Source: Octopus sinensis
Taxonomy: Eukaryota
Direction: 5' to 3'
Assembly (NCBI RefSeq): GCF_006345805.1
Contig: NC_043001.1
Coordinates: 28,024,001-28,088,000 of the forward strand
Length of the DNA stretch: 64,000 nt
Every line of letters begins with the position of its first letter. The stretch's first letter is position 1. Of this stretch, positions 1 through 13,289 are shown in pieces. A model generated the notes under the pieces. That model worked only from the letters and a program-made list of their open reading frames with translations, did no database searches and was not told the origin of the DNA. The position numbers and the translations under genes were made by a program.

Positions 1-2669
1 TACTAATGCTTGTAGTTGAGGTTGAAAATATTTTGTGTTTAAAAAAAGCATAAACTCTGTTTTGTTAGTGATAATACTAAATATCGCCAGAACAAAAATC
101 GGAGAAAATTGGACCAAGTAATAAAATATATTTTTAGGAAGACTCCAATTTTTGAATCATCTGCATGTGCAAAGTATCTCATGGTAGTTGTTAGTGTTAT
201 TTTGATTATATAATTTTTTTTGCTTGGTTTTTCGAATTTGTAGATGCTGCTGTCATCATAAATGCTATACTGTCGTCACTGGTCCGTTACTTGTTGATTT
301 CTATTGCCAGTATATTACGTCAAATAAGAATTTGAGTATAAACCTGATGAGAAATTAAATACACACACACATATCTATATATCTGTATTTACATATATAT
401 GTATACACATTCATCCATCCATCTATACATACATATATATCTATTTCTATACATATATAAATATATATATATTAATATTGACTGTTTACTCCAAAGAATC
501 GTTATTAAAATTGGCTCCTCAAAAACAGTTACTATGAATATTAGATATTATTTCAGTTCTACGAACAGTATTTGAGTCCTTCATTCATTGAATGTTTATA
601 TTTACTGTATTAACAATAAAATCCTATTGGTCAAGCATATATGTGTGGGTGTATTTATATGTACGTATTCAAATTTCAAAAAAAAAAAATTATTATTTGG
701 CACTACTACGAATGCGATTAAGTAGAAAGTATTAAAACTTCACTAACCGAATGGCGTGGCTGATCGTTATGGTAAGGATATTGATTATTAAAATGAGAAT
801 GTGTAGGACAAGAAGGACGAATGTAATGAGAAGGAAAAGAGGCCGGACAAAGAAAAAGAGGCAATACGAAGGAAAGGAGCTTTCGCCGTAGGAAATAGAT
901 GGCACATATGATAACTCAGCAGTACCGAAAATCAAAGACAATAACTATACGAAATTAATTTTGATTTCTCCGTGATATTAGGAGAATTAAAAGACTCAAG
1001 CACCGTTATTTTAATATATGGTTGTCACTATATAAAAAAATTGCTGTAGCATAATTTTATCAGGATTGCCAAGCAATTCCTACAATAAATCAGCAGGCAG
1101 CAGTGGAAGACATAATTTTTTTTATATAGAGTCAACAAAATTGTTTATTGCTGCTCATACTTCTGTAATTCAGAGACATGAGACCTCGGCACGCCAAGTT
1201 AACGAAACATCGTTACGTAAAAATAAACAAACAAATATAAATAGAATCTTTACCGATTATGATATCTATTTTCATCTAGATGGCTAAGGAAGCGAGAATT
1301 ACTTGACTCTTTACATACTTGCTGAGCTGTGCTTGTCATATATAGATGGAGTGTTTTCATTAAAAAAATGGAAATTCTTGCAGCCTCTTAAAATCTCAGT
1401 CAAAGATTATAAATTCTTATTTTTAATCGAAACACAAGTTCGTATATTTAGAGAAAGGGGTGAAAGCCCAATTGCTTGGCTGGAACTATGGTTCCTGAAC
1501 TAATATAAGACAAAGTCAACCTCGATAGGATAAGAATTCAGAACGTATTAATGAACAAATATTAGAATATTAACCACTAACAGCTGTTTCAACATTCGCT
1601 TCAATACGGACAGAGCATTGACAGAATCTTTAGAACATTCGATATTTCTTCCGGCACTTAACATCTTCAAAGGAAGTCCCGCTGCTGCTAACTTTACTTT
1701 TCATTCTTTCGTGCTCAAAGAAATAAGTACAGTCATTTACTGGTGCCGTGCTAATTGGCTAACTTCCTCCCCTCAAAATCTTTGGTCTTGTGCTTAAATC
1801 AGAAAATATTATTTATCTCTGAGCTAAGAGAAACAATTTAAATAACAAACAACACTTTGTTCGATGTGATTCTCTTTGCTTCAAATCTTGGCTAAAAATT
1901 CAGCATTTTATGCACATCTTCACGGAAATCACTAAAATTAAATATGCATTGAGCCAAGGAAGAAATATCTAGGAATAACACCACAGTCAGCTCTCGTTGT
2001 AGTAGTGTTAGTATTGGTTGCAGAAAAGTTATATTACACGCAAATACTTAAGAGCCCATACATTCAATAATGAACTGCTACATGCAATTATATGATGTCG
2101 GATATAAGACTGTGAGATCGGAGTGGAATGTTTTCGCTTAAGAGTCTCTTCAATCAGAAAATGAACAGGCTATAAACAACAGCAGTAACGGCAATAACTA
2201 AAGCAGAAGGTTACAGGATCGGCAGAGCTTTCTCATGTTATCTAATAAATCCTTCTTGCATCACTGGTCCAAAAATCGAATTGATGTACCTGTAATATAC
2301 AGAGACGTACAGTGAAAGTACTTCTGTACTTTCAAGCATTTTTATCGAAGGAAAAGATAATATAACTATTTGTTTGCGATTTCATAGAGTTTGGATTGCT
2401 TTAGTTCATCCACAAAACCTCTGCAACAGAATTAATGACTACAAACCACCCTTATAACCTTACAAATTACCATCTTAGATAGCACAGATGTAATATCACT
2501 GTATCAATTTATATTAATAATGATATAGAAATATGAACGGAAATAATTTGTGAATGTTTTGTAGTTTTCCACAGTGTCAATACTAATGAACTAAGACTCC
2601 TCTTTAAACTTACGATAAGGAATATCTAAACAAACATTAATACAGCATTTCTTATCTCTTCACAGAGAT

Positions 2670-2820
2670 AAGTTATAGGAAGTAAAATGGAAAAGAAGAG
2701 AAAATGCAGATATTAAGTGGATGGCTAACATCAATAAATGGACAGGCTTAAATGCAATGCGTGCAAATTTGCAATCTAAGAAAGACCTGGATGGCAATTC
2801 TTGATAGTCAACCTGCTGGA
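2670..2820 (+). pseudogene. Degenerate LINE (RTE-like) ORF2 C-terminal remnant
   Basis: Translates to KWMANINKWTGLN preceded by a basic stretch, resembling the GKRxRGRxxxxWxDxIxxWTGL end of RTE ORF2. Confidence 0.45.
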
Positions 2821-4570
2821 ACTAAACTATACCCAATAGATATGATCTCTATTGAACTTTTAACAAGATACGATCGAGCATTTTAATTCTCTTAAGCAGA
2901 TGACGCTGGATTGGACGATAAATATGTATTCGCATAATTTGTCATCTGTGTTATACAGTTGCAGAAAGAAAAGAAGAAAGTAAAAGGCACTGCAGGAATC
3001 GAACCCAGTTCCATTACATTCACTTTCACTTAAGCTGTATGCATCTGCATTTAATCATATTACTTATGAATACATAACCGTGTCTATAGACATAATGCGC
3101 ACAGATCGTTTTCATTATGTATTCATGAACGGTCAGTTTTCCCCCTCTATCTCTTTATCTCTCTCTCTCAATATTTCCCTTTCTTTTAAACCATCTCTTC
3201 CTCTGTCTCGTGTTTCTCCCTCAATTTGCGTACACTTCTACAAGTGCAAACACAAATGCATATAGAAATATACACGATACACATACACACTTGTGAGTGC
3301 ATGTGTGAGACTGTGTATGTATATAAACATATACTTGTGTGTGTATATATATGCATATTATGGAGATAGACAGACCTACAGACCGTCAGAGAGACAACTG
3401 CATAATTTAGCGTACACTCTCGAGCAAAAATACGTATCCACAAACCCGGTTAAGCTAATTGCTCGAAAGCTGTACAAGAAGCAACTGCAATGAACTCTAA
3501 TGAAGTTTTATTGCGAAAAGAGACCTGAAGATGAGTTTTACATACACTTACTCACACACATACACACACACTCACATCGATATATGTACGTATGATTGTA
3601 TGTTTATACATATGTATGTATATGTGCATGCGCGCGTGTGTGTATGTGTGTGTATGTTTTTATTGATACTGATACTATAATTGTCGCTAAGTCAGATGCC
3701 GAAGGAACATGTTGCTTGAATTTCCCCGTCTAATGTCCTTTAATCACGCAGTCAGCTGTAGTTTGATGTCGACAAAACAAAACTCTGGCAGTATTAAATG
3801 TTGGTAGCTTGGCCGATAAAGATATCGGTGTTTCGTTGTTGTTATTCGTCTTGTTAGCCATATCCTTGTTTATCATAGTAATTAGTAAAATCGATTGTTG
3901 TTTCATGTAATAATGAAATAATAATAAGCGAATTCAGGATAAATGTGACTTTGGGGGATTTTACTCGTAGATAGACGTATAACATTTTTAGCTAATTAAC
4001 TTTGACGACCTCATACAACTTATATATTTTGTGTGCATAGTTTCGACGGACGAAAAACAAGTCCAAAACTATACGCAATCTTTCCTATTAGCGATAAATT
4101 TCTATTTACATACTCCGTTGGGATGCCGAAGAAAACCTTCGCGATTCCTCTATCGTGCACTCAACTTTGCGGAGTCCATTCATGTCTAGGTGGCACACAT
4201 CGAGGAATTTTATCGCAAAATTGTAAACTAAAGAAAAACTCGTGATTTATATTGTACTATTCGTCCTTACATAGTTGAAATTTTGCAACACTGTATCATA
4301 CACACATACATATTCAGACATATATGTAACAATATTATTGTCATATGTATAAGTATGTACATATATTGTGTGTTTGTATGTATATCTATTTCAACGAAGT
4401 TGACTTGGCTGTTTGTTCGTTAAGTGTCCTGGCTATACATACAACATTAAGTTGTTGCCTAAATACCAACTACTGTCCCTGCAGCAACATAGTCATTCTA
4501 GACGTTCTTGTTAAATTACTACATTATGCTGTAAAGAATAAACCTCCTTCCTTGATCATATGAACTGATA

Positions 4571-4777
4571 GAACCGATTTCCCAGTTTCTGTGGCGTATA
4601 TATAATCACCGCTGGACGAGACGCCAGTCTGTCGCAGGATTACTCATTTTTCACTGGAGCAACGTGAAATAGAATGTTGGGATCAAGAACACAACACATC
4701 ACCCAGTCTAGAAATCGAAACCACAATTTTACGATTCTGAGTTCAGCAACCTGACCACTAAGCCACGCATCTCCACA
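4571..4777 (-). mobile_element. tRNA-derived SINE (family D here)
   Basis: Similar to copies at 39101..39330 (+) and 44760..45008 (-); A-box/B-box-like head. Confidence 0.8.
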
Positions 4778-5673
4778 CACTACACAATGTTTTATAACAA
4801 ATACAATGCGCTTCTTCAATCGCAGAAATAACACCAAAAAACTAAAAGGTTTGGTAAACGAGTAGAGTAAATATTCTGTAATATTCTGATGTGTTCTATG
4901 AAACATATAAATGTAGAAAATAAATGTAAATGTCAAAAATATGTAAGCGTAGTATTTTCTACAACTATTTTGGATGGTTTAGTCACGACTGAGGAGTTTG
5001 AAATCCAGCTCTTGTCAAAAGCAAGTCAGTCTGGTGTTTCATATATATCACATAATTTGTTAATTACAAATGAACTCACTGATGTAGGAGATGTAAAACA
5101 AGTGTAGCAATTTCAACTAGAAATTGAAGTTTAACACCAGACTCGCTTCTATGAATACTGTTCCCATTTTACAGTGGTGTCATGGCATTGCTATTCTACC
5201 TTACCATGCATTGCACACTATTATCAAAATCCTCGTTGTTGTTCTCTTGGTTATTATTTTCCTTCCTTCTACTTTCTCCTCCTCTTCAATACCACCACCA
5301 TCACCACCACTGCCGCCACCACCACCACCACCACCATTACCAACTCCACCATCACAATTACCGCTGCCACCACTACCAACATCATTTTTCATATATATAT
5401 ATATGGCAACCTACTATTTACGTTAGTAATCTCTTGTTGTTTTTTTTCAATGAAGTTTCAGATGGTTGATGTGAAGGGGTAGTTTGATACAGAATATCAA
5501 CACAGAAATCATTATTACTATTATTTTGGCTTTTCTCAGGTTCGGTCGTATTCCTGATAGGGATTCTGTGGATAACAGGTTATTACCTATGACCTTAGGT
5601 ACCCACTAGTTTCAGCAGACTTTCAAATGCTTAGGACACTCCTGATAATCCTTACTATCCCTAAGAGACAAAT

Positions 5674-5877
<204 letters not shown>

Positions 5878-5994
5878 GCTAAGATGGCAGTAGTTTATGC
5901 TTAATTCGCTGTTAATCTCATGCATTCTAATGTAGTTATCCTAATACGTTAGGAAGTGGTTCACCTCAACACTTGATACTGTTACCATATTTGT

Positions 5995-6000
5995 TTTATT
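5995..6000 (-). promoter_or_regulatory. Candidate polyadenylation signal for VAChT
   Basis: AATAAA on the minus strand about 560 nt after the stop codon. The hexamer is common in this AT-rich DNA. Confidence 0.25.
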
Positions 6001-6556
6001 AAATTCCCGGACGAATTAACCGGTATTTATGTTAAATCAATTATAATTTAACTGTATTTCTACAGATAATCAGAAATCTATATTACCTTTGCTTGCGATA
6101 AATTTACTGCACCATTTTAAAATTAGTCCTATTTAACAACTGTTGTGTTGCGTCTACGTGACGTTCAAAAGCCTCAATTTAATAATGAGTTACCGAGGAA
6201 ATGTTACTGAAAATCTGATGTGAAATGCAAATAGCTATCTTTAAGTCTTCACTTTGATTCAATGACATGCGCACTAAATACCTGCCTTCATACTTGTTAC
6301 TCCTATTCAATTTCAGCAGTTTTTTTTTTCTTCTCTAATGTTCGAGTATTATGAATATTGTTCTTCTGTCAAGTTTAGCTCTAAGATAATTAGAATATTT
6401 TTACTCATACAAATATGTAAATCTGTTCCTATCTATATATATACATATCATATATAAATGAATATCATCATATCTATGGCTGCTTATGTGTGTATATGAA
6501 TGTATGTATTTGTATATTGATATATACGTACATGTCTGTGCACGTATGCATCGATC

Positions 6557-8386
6557 TTAAGGTTGTTCCCATCTGTTATATTTATCGTCACCAAATCTCT
6601 GACTTGTCTCATTGTTATAATTTCCACCACCATAACGGTTTCCGCTGTTATTATAACTGCTTCCGGTAGGATTGTAACCAGTTCCACTGCTCTGAGTATA
6701 ATTACTTCCACCAGTGTTATTATATGTGCTTCTTTTATCAGTGCCGATACTAGTATTGTAACGACTCTCACTACTATGGTAGCCATGGTCTGCGGGTGGA
6801 TCCCATGCTTGGGAAGGTTTACCCATTTCTAGATTTAGCTTTTGATCAGCTTCAACTTTATCACTGGCCCCACCGTAACTAGCATAGTTTTGTTGGGACT
6901 GTGTGTCACTAGTATTATAGAAGCTGCGGTCCTCTGTGACAGGAGTTTTCATCTCTTCATTCTCAAATGGTTTATAAGCATAAGCTTTGTTTAGATAAAA
7001 TAGGGCTGGGGCATAAAGGACATTGCTGATACAAATTAAAATATTGAGAGCTAAGAAACCAATCGAATGGACGATTCCACCGGCAACTATTGGTCCGATA
7101 GCATAAGCCAAAGAATAAGATATGTCAGCAATAGCATAAACGCTACCGTAGACGGATACATGTCGAGTGTCGACTAGATATCCAAGAGTTGGCAAAAGTG
7201 CCGTGTCTACACAAGCTATACCGAAGCAAATACCGGCGATTGGAAACATAAGAAAAGTGAAAGTAGTAGCGAAGGGGATGAAAAAGCAAGAAACCCCTTC
7301 TAAAGCAAGTCCTGCTGCAGCGAGAACCCACAGTTTATTTGGACGTCTTTCAGCAAATTTTACAGTTACATAAACTCCAACGATGTGCGGTACGAAAGCG
7401 GGCAACCAAATGAAGCCCATTTCCCATTCACTAGCGTCCATCGTATCTTTCATCCAGAGTGAGATCGTGGGCTCGAGGAAAGCCAACGAAACATTAGCCA
7501 TTGCTAAAGCACCGGCACAATTAGCGATGTAAGGGTCCATGAGGAGTTTGTAAATAGGAGTTCCCTTCACTCGCTGGTCCTCTGGAATTTTGGATCTTTG
7601 AGCTCTCACTGGTTTCATAACGAGAAGTAAGAGAAAACCATCGATAAGCGACATGGTTGCCAAAAATAAGAACGGCACCACTTTACCAGCAAATTCGTAA
7701 AGAATACCACCAAATGGTGGAGCCACTAAACAACCAAATGATATAAAGGCCAAAGCAATGCCAAGAGCCCTACTACGTTCGGATTCTTCCGTGTATCGAT
7801 CAGCAATCATAGCCAAACCTGATGTATCGGCGAAAGCCGATCCCAATCCCTGCAGACTCCTGGCCATAAAAAGCACACCATAGCTTTCTCCAAATGCAAA
7901 TACAGCGGTTGATAGAAATATAATAATCAAACCAATCATCATTGGCATATCGTAACCTATTCGATCAATCAAAGCCCCTGTAAAGGGGTTGACCATTAAC
8001 TGAAGGATAGCTTTTGAAGCAAATAAGAAGCCTATTGCCCCTCCTTCGCTACCATAATCGATGGGAGGCGGTGGTATAGATGTCGTCGTTTCACTAACAA
8101 CTGTATACCAGGATGTTGTGTTAGGAGCCCCGGTTACATTGCGATAGATGCGATTGTACTTAATAGGTGCCTTAACTGTCGTTGTCATAGATTCATGAGA
8201 AAATGTATTTCGAAGATAATTTGGTATAATTGGAACAATGACCATGTAAAGCATGTTGTCCAGCAGTAAAGCAACACAGACAATGATTAAGACTAAGCGG
8301 CGCTGATGTGTCGGCTCATGTATGTAAGTACCAGCCCTGTCCATCATTTCAAAGATTTTATCGCGTACCTGAGTAAGCGACGCCAT
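6557..8386 (-). CDS. SLC18A3: Vesicular acetylcholine transporter (VAChT, SLC18A3/unc-17 orthologue), intronless CDS, 609 aa
   Basis: Uninterrupted ORF with an MFS multi-TM pattern and VAChT-type motifs: [16 protein letters not shown] (VMATs read LLLDNMLLTVVVP), [65 protein letters not shown]. The lumenal loop after TM1 has N-glycosylation sequons NVT and NTT. Confidence 0.97.
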   Translation of the reverse strand: MASLTQVRDKIFEMMDRAGTYIHEPTHQRRLVLIIVCVALLLDNMLYMVIVPIIPNYLRNTFSHESMTTTVKAPIKYNRIYRNVTGAPNTTSWYTVVSETTTSIPPPPIDYGSEGGAIGFLFASKAILQLMVNPFTGALIDRIGYDMPMMIGLIIIFLSTAVFAFGESYGVLFMARSLQGLGSAFADTSGLAMIADRYTEESERSRALGIALAFISFGCLVAPPFGGILYEFAGKVVPFLFLATMSLIDGFLLLLVMKPVRAQRSKIPEDQRVKGTPIYKLLMDPYIANCAGALAMANVSLAFLEPTISLWMKDTMDASEWEMGFIWLPAFVPHIVGVYVTVKFAERRPNKLWVLAAAGLALEGVSCFFIPFATTFTFLMFPIAGICFGIACVDTALLPTLGYLVDTRHVSVYGSVYAIADISYSLAYAIGPIVAGGIVHSIGFLALNILICISNVLYAPALFYLNKAYAYKPFENEEMKTPVTEDRSFYNTSDTQSQQNYASYGGASDKVEADQKLNLEMGKPSQAWDPPADHGYHSSESRYNTSIGTDKRSTYNNTGGSNYTQSSGTGYNPTGSSYNNSGNRYGGGNYNNETSQRFGDDKYNRWEQP

Positions 8387-8429
8387 TTCGTTATATTTCT
8401 TGTGTGTGTTAAAACAACAATCTTAATAG

Positions 8430-8445
8430 CTAGCAAAATAGTTCG
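8430..8445 (-). other. Possible splice acceptor of the VAChT coding exon
   Basis: Minus strand aactattttgctag|CTATTAAG, 43 nt before the ATG. The pyrimidine tract is short, so support is weak. Confidence 0.3.
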
Positions 8446-8997
8446 TAAATTTATATTATATGAATTCAATAAGATAAGCAACAGCACTTTCCTTAATTAT
8501 TTACAACTGCACATTTTCCTTTGATTTTATCAATACAGTTTCTGTCATCATTAATTAAGTTTGATATTTTCCAAATATGATGGACATTAGTTTCCGTGTG
8601 AAATTTCCGTTGTTAGGGACCACTTCATAATGGAATCAATAAATATCCTGCATGCATTACCGTTGTTCGATAATTTCTCAGTTTATCAGATCTTCGCTGA
8701 TTTTACAGTTCTTTCTATTTGAACAATTCTATGTGTTAAGTGTTCAGACACAAGAACATATGTTTATTAATATTTATTTACATTTTTTAACGAGTCAAAA
8801 TTCCAGAACTGTGTATGAGAGTATTGACACGTTCCTTAAATACCCGTGTTTGTTATTAATGTCTTTTATTGGTATGGGTACAGTACACAAGGAAGACTTT
8901 CGCCTTGTGTGGTATTTGGTTAAGATGATTTGAAATGGAAATGGTTAACGAAATATATTCGTCCTCTTCTGTTGACTTGCCAACCGAACTTACTCAC

Positions 8998-9090
8998 CGA
9001 GTGGCTACTGTCCTCGTTTTCTTCAGCCAATCAGGGGTCCCGCTATTAGATCAGTTGCAGCAAGGTCACTCTCATTGTGTCCCGGACCCC
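8998..9090 (-). other. Candidate 5' non-coding exon of the VAChT (and probably ChAT) transcript, 93 nt
   Basis: Minus strand reads tttaacaatctcgtttcttctgctcttcag|GGGGTCC...CACTCG|gtgagtaagt: a pyrimidine tract plus CAG acceptor (9093-9091) and a consensus donor at 8997. It is GC-richer than its flanks, has stops in all three frames, and lies about 610 nt upstream of the VAChT ATG. Confidence 0.62.
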
Positions 9091-9134
9091 CTGAAGAGCA
9101 GAAGAAACGAGATTGTTAAAGTAGTTAATGTGAT

Positions 9135-9141
9135 ATTATTA

Positions 9142-9211
<70 letters not shown>

Positions 9212-9240
9212 CGTTGTTATTATTATTATTATTATTATTA

Positions 9241-9289
<49 letters not shown>

Positions 9290-9307
9290 TTATTATTATT
9301 ATTATTT
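9135..9307. repeat. (ATT)n microsatellite immediately upstream of the candidate exon acceptor
   Basis: Directly visible. Confidence 0.97.
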
Positions 9308-9466
9308 AGTTTGATTACAGCTAATAGTGTTGTAAAATGGTAGTAGTTGTAATTTATGTGCTATGAATTTTACCTGAAGAATAAAAATATATCTTAATTA
9401 CAAACGCTATACAAGGGACAAGCAGCTGAAACAGCATTCGGAAACACCTATCAAAATGACTCAACA

Positions 9467-9467
9467 T

Positions 9468-9523
<56 letters not shown>

Positions 9524-9591
9524 TATATACACATATATATATACATATATATGTATGTGTGTGTATATGTATATATATATGTATGTGTAAT

Positions 9592-9622
<31 letters not shown>

Positions 9623-9739
9623 GTATAAATATATACACACACATATATATATACGTAGGTGTATGTATATATATATATATGCATATATATATATATATAC
9701 ATACATACATCCATGTATGTATACATACACGCACACATG

Positions 9740-9771
<32 letters not shown>

Positions 9772-9791
9772 CACATACATACATATATATA

Positions 9792-9832
<41 letters not shown>
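9467..9832. repeat. Compound (TA)n/(TACA)n microsatellite
   Basis: Directly visible. Similar tracts occur at about 10438-10729, 14477-14612, 32001-32290, 36181-36554, 36960-37420, 55420-55615 and 56985-57170. Confidence 0.95.
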
Positions 9833-9836
<4 letters not shown>

Positions 9837-10495
9837 CAAATATAAAAGAAGCAAACACTTTTATGTAACCCTAGCTCTTATATTATTTGTAATGAAACTG
9901 AATCTGCATGGAATACTTAACAGGAACATTTAGCGGAATAATGGCATATGATAACGTATAAAGGCTGAAATTTTCGAATATAAGCATAAAATTAGATCAA
10001 AAACTTTATAAACATGAATCTAATATGAAAAAGAAATATGCACCGAACCGTCTACAAACAACGTATGTATCATAATGAAGACAACGTGCTAACCCTTGCA
10101 TCAAAACTACTGAGCATTTCTGCTATCGAAGTCAGCTACCACAAAGGATATAAAATTTATTTCACCTTAATTCTTGAGCACATAATTTATTTTTAGTGAA
10201 TTAAAAACTCCCTCTTATAAAATGTGTAATAGAATTTACTTTAATGTGTAATAGAAGATTTTTAGCCATTTTATTTTATCAAATGCGATTAATATTAAGG
10301 TGTTGTAGGATCTTTTCAAAATCATAATAACGATGAGAATTTTACTCGAGAACACTTTGTTAAACGTTGAATAAACATTCATTATATTATCCTAGATTTA
10401 AGTGCTACAAAATATCAGAGACCTCATGTGGCAGCTGATACATATACATATATATATACATATATATATATATATCTATATATATATATATATAG

Positions 10496-10567
<72 letters not shown>

Positions 10568-10581
10568 ATACATACATATAT

Positions 10582-10614
<33 letters not shown>

Positions 10615-10651
10615 TATATATGTATATACATATATATATATACATATATAT

Positions 10652-10733
<82 letters not shown>

Positions 10734-10804
10734 AGATTCAGACGAATACGGTATCAGAATTTAGTATGTTATTATCCATACAATTTCAAAATAAGGTGAT
10801 TAAA

Positions 10805-11004
10805 ATCAAAATAAGCAACAAGGATATCCAGAGGTAATGCAGTATGATCGTTTCATGCGACTCCAGTTAATTGTCTTTGTGCAGCTGAAGATTGCTCTAC
10901 ATTTTAAATTGATGCGATGAAATTATTTCATTGTTCAATTAAATGGAGTCGCATGAAACGATCGTACTGCATTACCTCTGGATATCCTTGTTGCTTATTT
11001 TGAT
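10805..11004. repeat. Inverted repeat with 69-bp arms and a 62-nt spacer, within a (TA)n-flanked element
   Basis: atcaaaataagcaacaaggatatccagaggtaatgcagtaYgatcgtttcatgcgactccaKttaattg at 10805-10873 and its reverse complement at 10936-11004, with 2 mismatches. Confidence 0.9.
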
Positions 11005-11030
11005 ATATATGTATGTATATATATACATAC

Positions 11031-11097
<67 letters not shown>

Positions 11098-12104
11098 CAT
11101 GGTACTCGGAGTCCATGTAAGATTTTGCTGTTAAAAGTTATGCGCAATAGATTGTTTATACTTCTACAATATACAAAACGTTTAAACAATTTTTATACAA
11201 TTACTAATATTATTTGATTATATAAAGACATTAAGATGTTGTTTTTTTTTTTTGATATACAACAAATGGCTGTATAGGTCCAGTAGAATAAATTAGAAAT
11301 CAAAGTGATCCAGAAGCAAAAGAGCTTGAGAATCACTGCGCTAGATTATGAAGGATGCCTAGCTTTAGTGTCTTAGAGCGTTCTCGGAATATCTATTTCT
11401 ATCTCGGGTTAATTTTTTAAATAAATCATTTAATTCGATTTAATCTAATTCAGTTTAATTTTCAGTAAAAAAACATTTAATGTTCAAACACAATCAATTG
11501 ACATAATGAGATACAGAGGTTGTTTTAAATCAGTAATATGGATTCCAGGAATATCGCTATTATAGAAATTATGAAATGGAAGCTAGTGAAGCTGATTGTA
11601 CATGTTCCTTTCTCAACGTGGTTCTTCGACCTGCAGAAATAGCAACCACATAACCCTAAAAAACCAGAGATGTTGAAACCGTTTGGTTCTGAAATCTGGA
11701 TGAAAGCATAAGCTAAATCTCTTACAACGTATAACATCCTATTCCTAAAAATCCTATTCATAATGTAGGCCACAGAACATGAATAAAAAGGGTAATTATG
11801 CATGATAACAACTTTATTATCAATAGAGGAAAGAAAAAAAACATGCTTTTTTAGTCAAGCTTGTATGCAGAGATGTGTGAGGAAAACGCATTCGCATGGG
11901 ATACATTACGTAAGAATACTTAGAGACAGAAGGGAAGCAGAAATTGAGTTCTGAGTTCAAAAGCAGTCAAAGAAAGATTTATTTTTATCCTTCTGTGGAT
12001 GTAAAATAAAGTACCAGTTAAATACTAGGGTCAGTTTATTTGATTGCTCCTTCACTGAAGTGTGTAGCTCTTGGCTCCGGATTAAGATTCATTATTATTT
12101 ATTC

Positions 12105-12410
12105 TGTGGAGGCGCAATGACCCAGTGGTTAGGGCAGCGGACTCGCGGTCGGAGGATCGCGGTTTCGATTCCCAGACCGGGCGTTGAGTGTTTTTATTGA
12201 GCGAAAACACCTAAAAGCTTCACGAGGCTCCGGCAGGGGGTGGTGACGACCCCCTGTTGTACTCTTTCGCCCCAACTTTCTCTCACTCTTTCTTTCTATT
12301 TCTTGGGTAACTCTGCGATGGACAGGCGTCCTGTTCAGCTGGGGGGAATGCATACACCACAGAAACTGGGAAACCGGGCCCATGAGCCTGGCTAGACTTG
12401 TAAAGGGGGA
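12105..12410 (+). mobile_element. tRNA-derived SINE (family C here)
   Basis: Head tgtggaggcgcaatgacccagtggttagg...ggtttcgattccc; matches 31250..31554 (-) and the head at 24398..24695 (-). Confidence 0.85.
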
Positions 12411-13050
12411 TATTCTAGTATTCAAGTATATCATGAGTAGTGGAGATTTGTTGTCGATATAAAAATCCTGAGTTTTGGCTAATATTAACTTGATCTCTTC
12501 TGGATGAATTTGAACTTAACACCCAAAGGGATCTTGCTATATTACCGAAAGATGTATGGATCAGCACAGTACGATTTGGACTACACCACAAGCCTTTACA
12601 TTTATTATAATTACGAGCTTGCGAAACTGTTTCTACGTGTTTACTTAGTTTGGTAGAATTACCCGTCAAATTCGCCTTAAATTATATCCTACAGTTTTCA
12701 AAATGAAGGAATATATTAGATAAAATAGCCCTAAATTGTACGTACATAGCCATATCGGACGCACATAAACGTAGATCGGTTGTAGCTAGAACGTTTTTGG
12801 TCATAGACCCACTAATTCAGGTTGACTTAGGATAGCTAAGAATACCAATATTGATATCAATGTTGTTATAAAGGAGAGTAGCTTAAAATAAACATCTTGG
12901 TTTAGGTACAATGCAATGATTAGTTACTCCTCCTTTCATCTCTTTCATGGCACCCCTCATTGAGATAGTCTTTGTCTATTGTTTAACAGATGTGAATATA
13001 GCGTTTAGGATCAATTGTGTTGCCCACAAACTGTCTGACATGTTTTTGGC

Positions 13051-13081
13051 ATTCATTGAAGAAGAGTTGGAAATGTCACAG

Positions 13082-13112
<31 letters not shown>

Positions 13113-13178
13113 TGTATGTATGTATGTATGTATGTATGTATGTATGTATTCATTGAAGAAGAGTTGGAAATGTTACAG

Positions 13179-13209
<31 letters not shown>

Positions 13210-13243
13210 TGTATTCATTAAAGAAGAGTTGGAAATGTTACAG

Positions 13244-13274
<31 letters not shown>

Positions 13275-13289
13275 TGTATGTATGTATGT
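13051..13289. repeat. Three tandem copies of a ~33-nt unique unit each followed by (TATG)n
   Basis: attcattRaagaagagttggaaatgtYacagat starting near 13051, 13148 and 13213. Confidence 0.9.

Noticed and set aside
5124-5482. Proline-rich and His-rich ORFs
   Set aside because: They are translations of a (CCA)n tract; all three frames are open only because of the repeat.
6484-7373. ORFs overlapping VAChT in other frames or antisense
   Set aside because: They are shadows of the real CDS.
8935-9309. 124-aa plus-strand ORF over the leader exon
   Set aside because: Its length comes from running into (ATT)n; the splice signals point to the minus strand.
12105-12185. tRNA gene calls from A/B-box sequences (also at 37744, 39101 and 41183)
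   Set aside because: These are SINE heads continuing into shared SINE bodies; no complete cloverleaf was seen.
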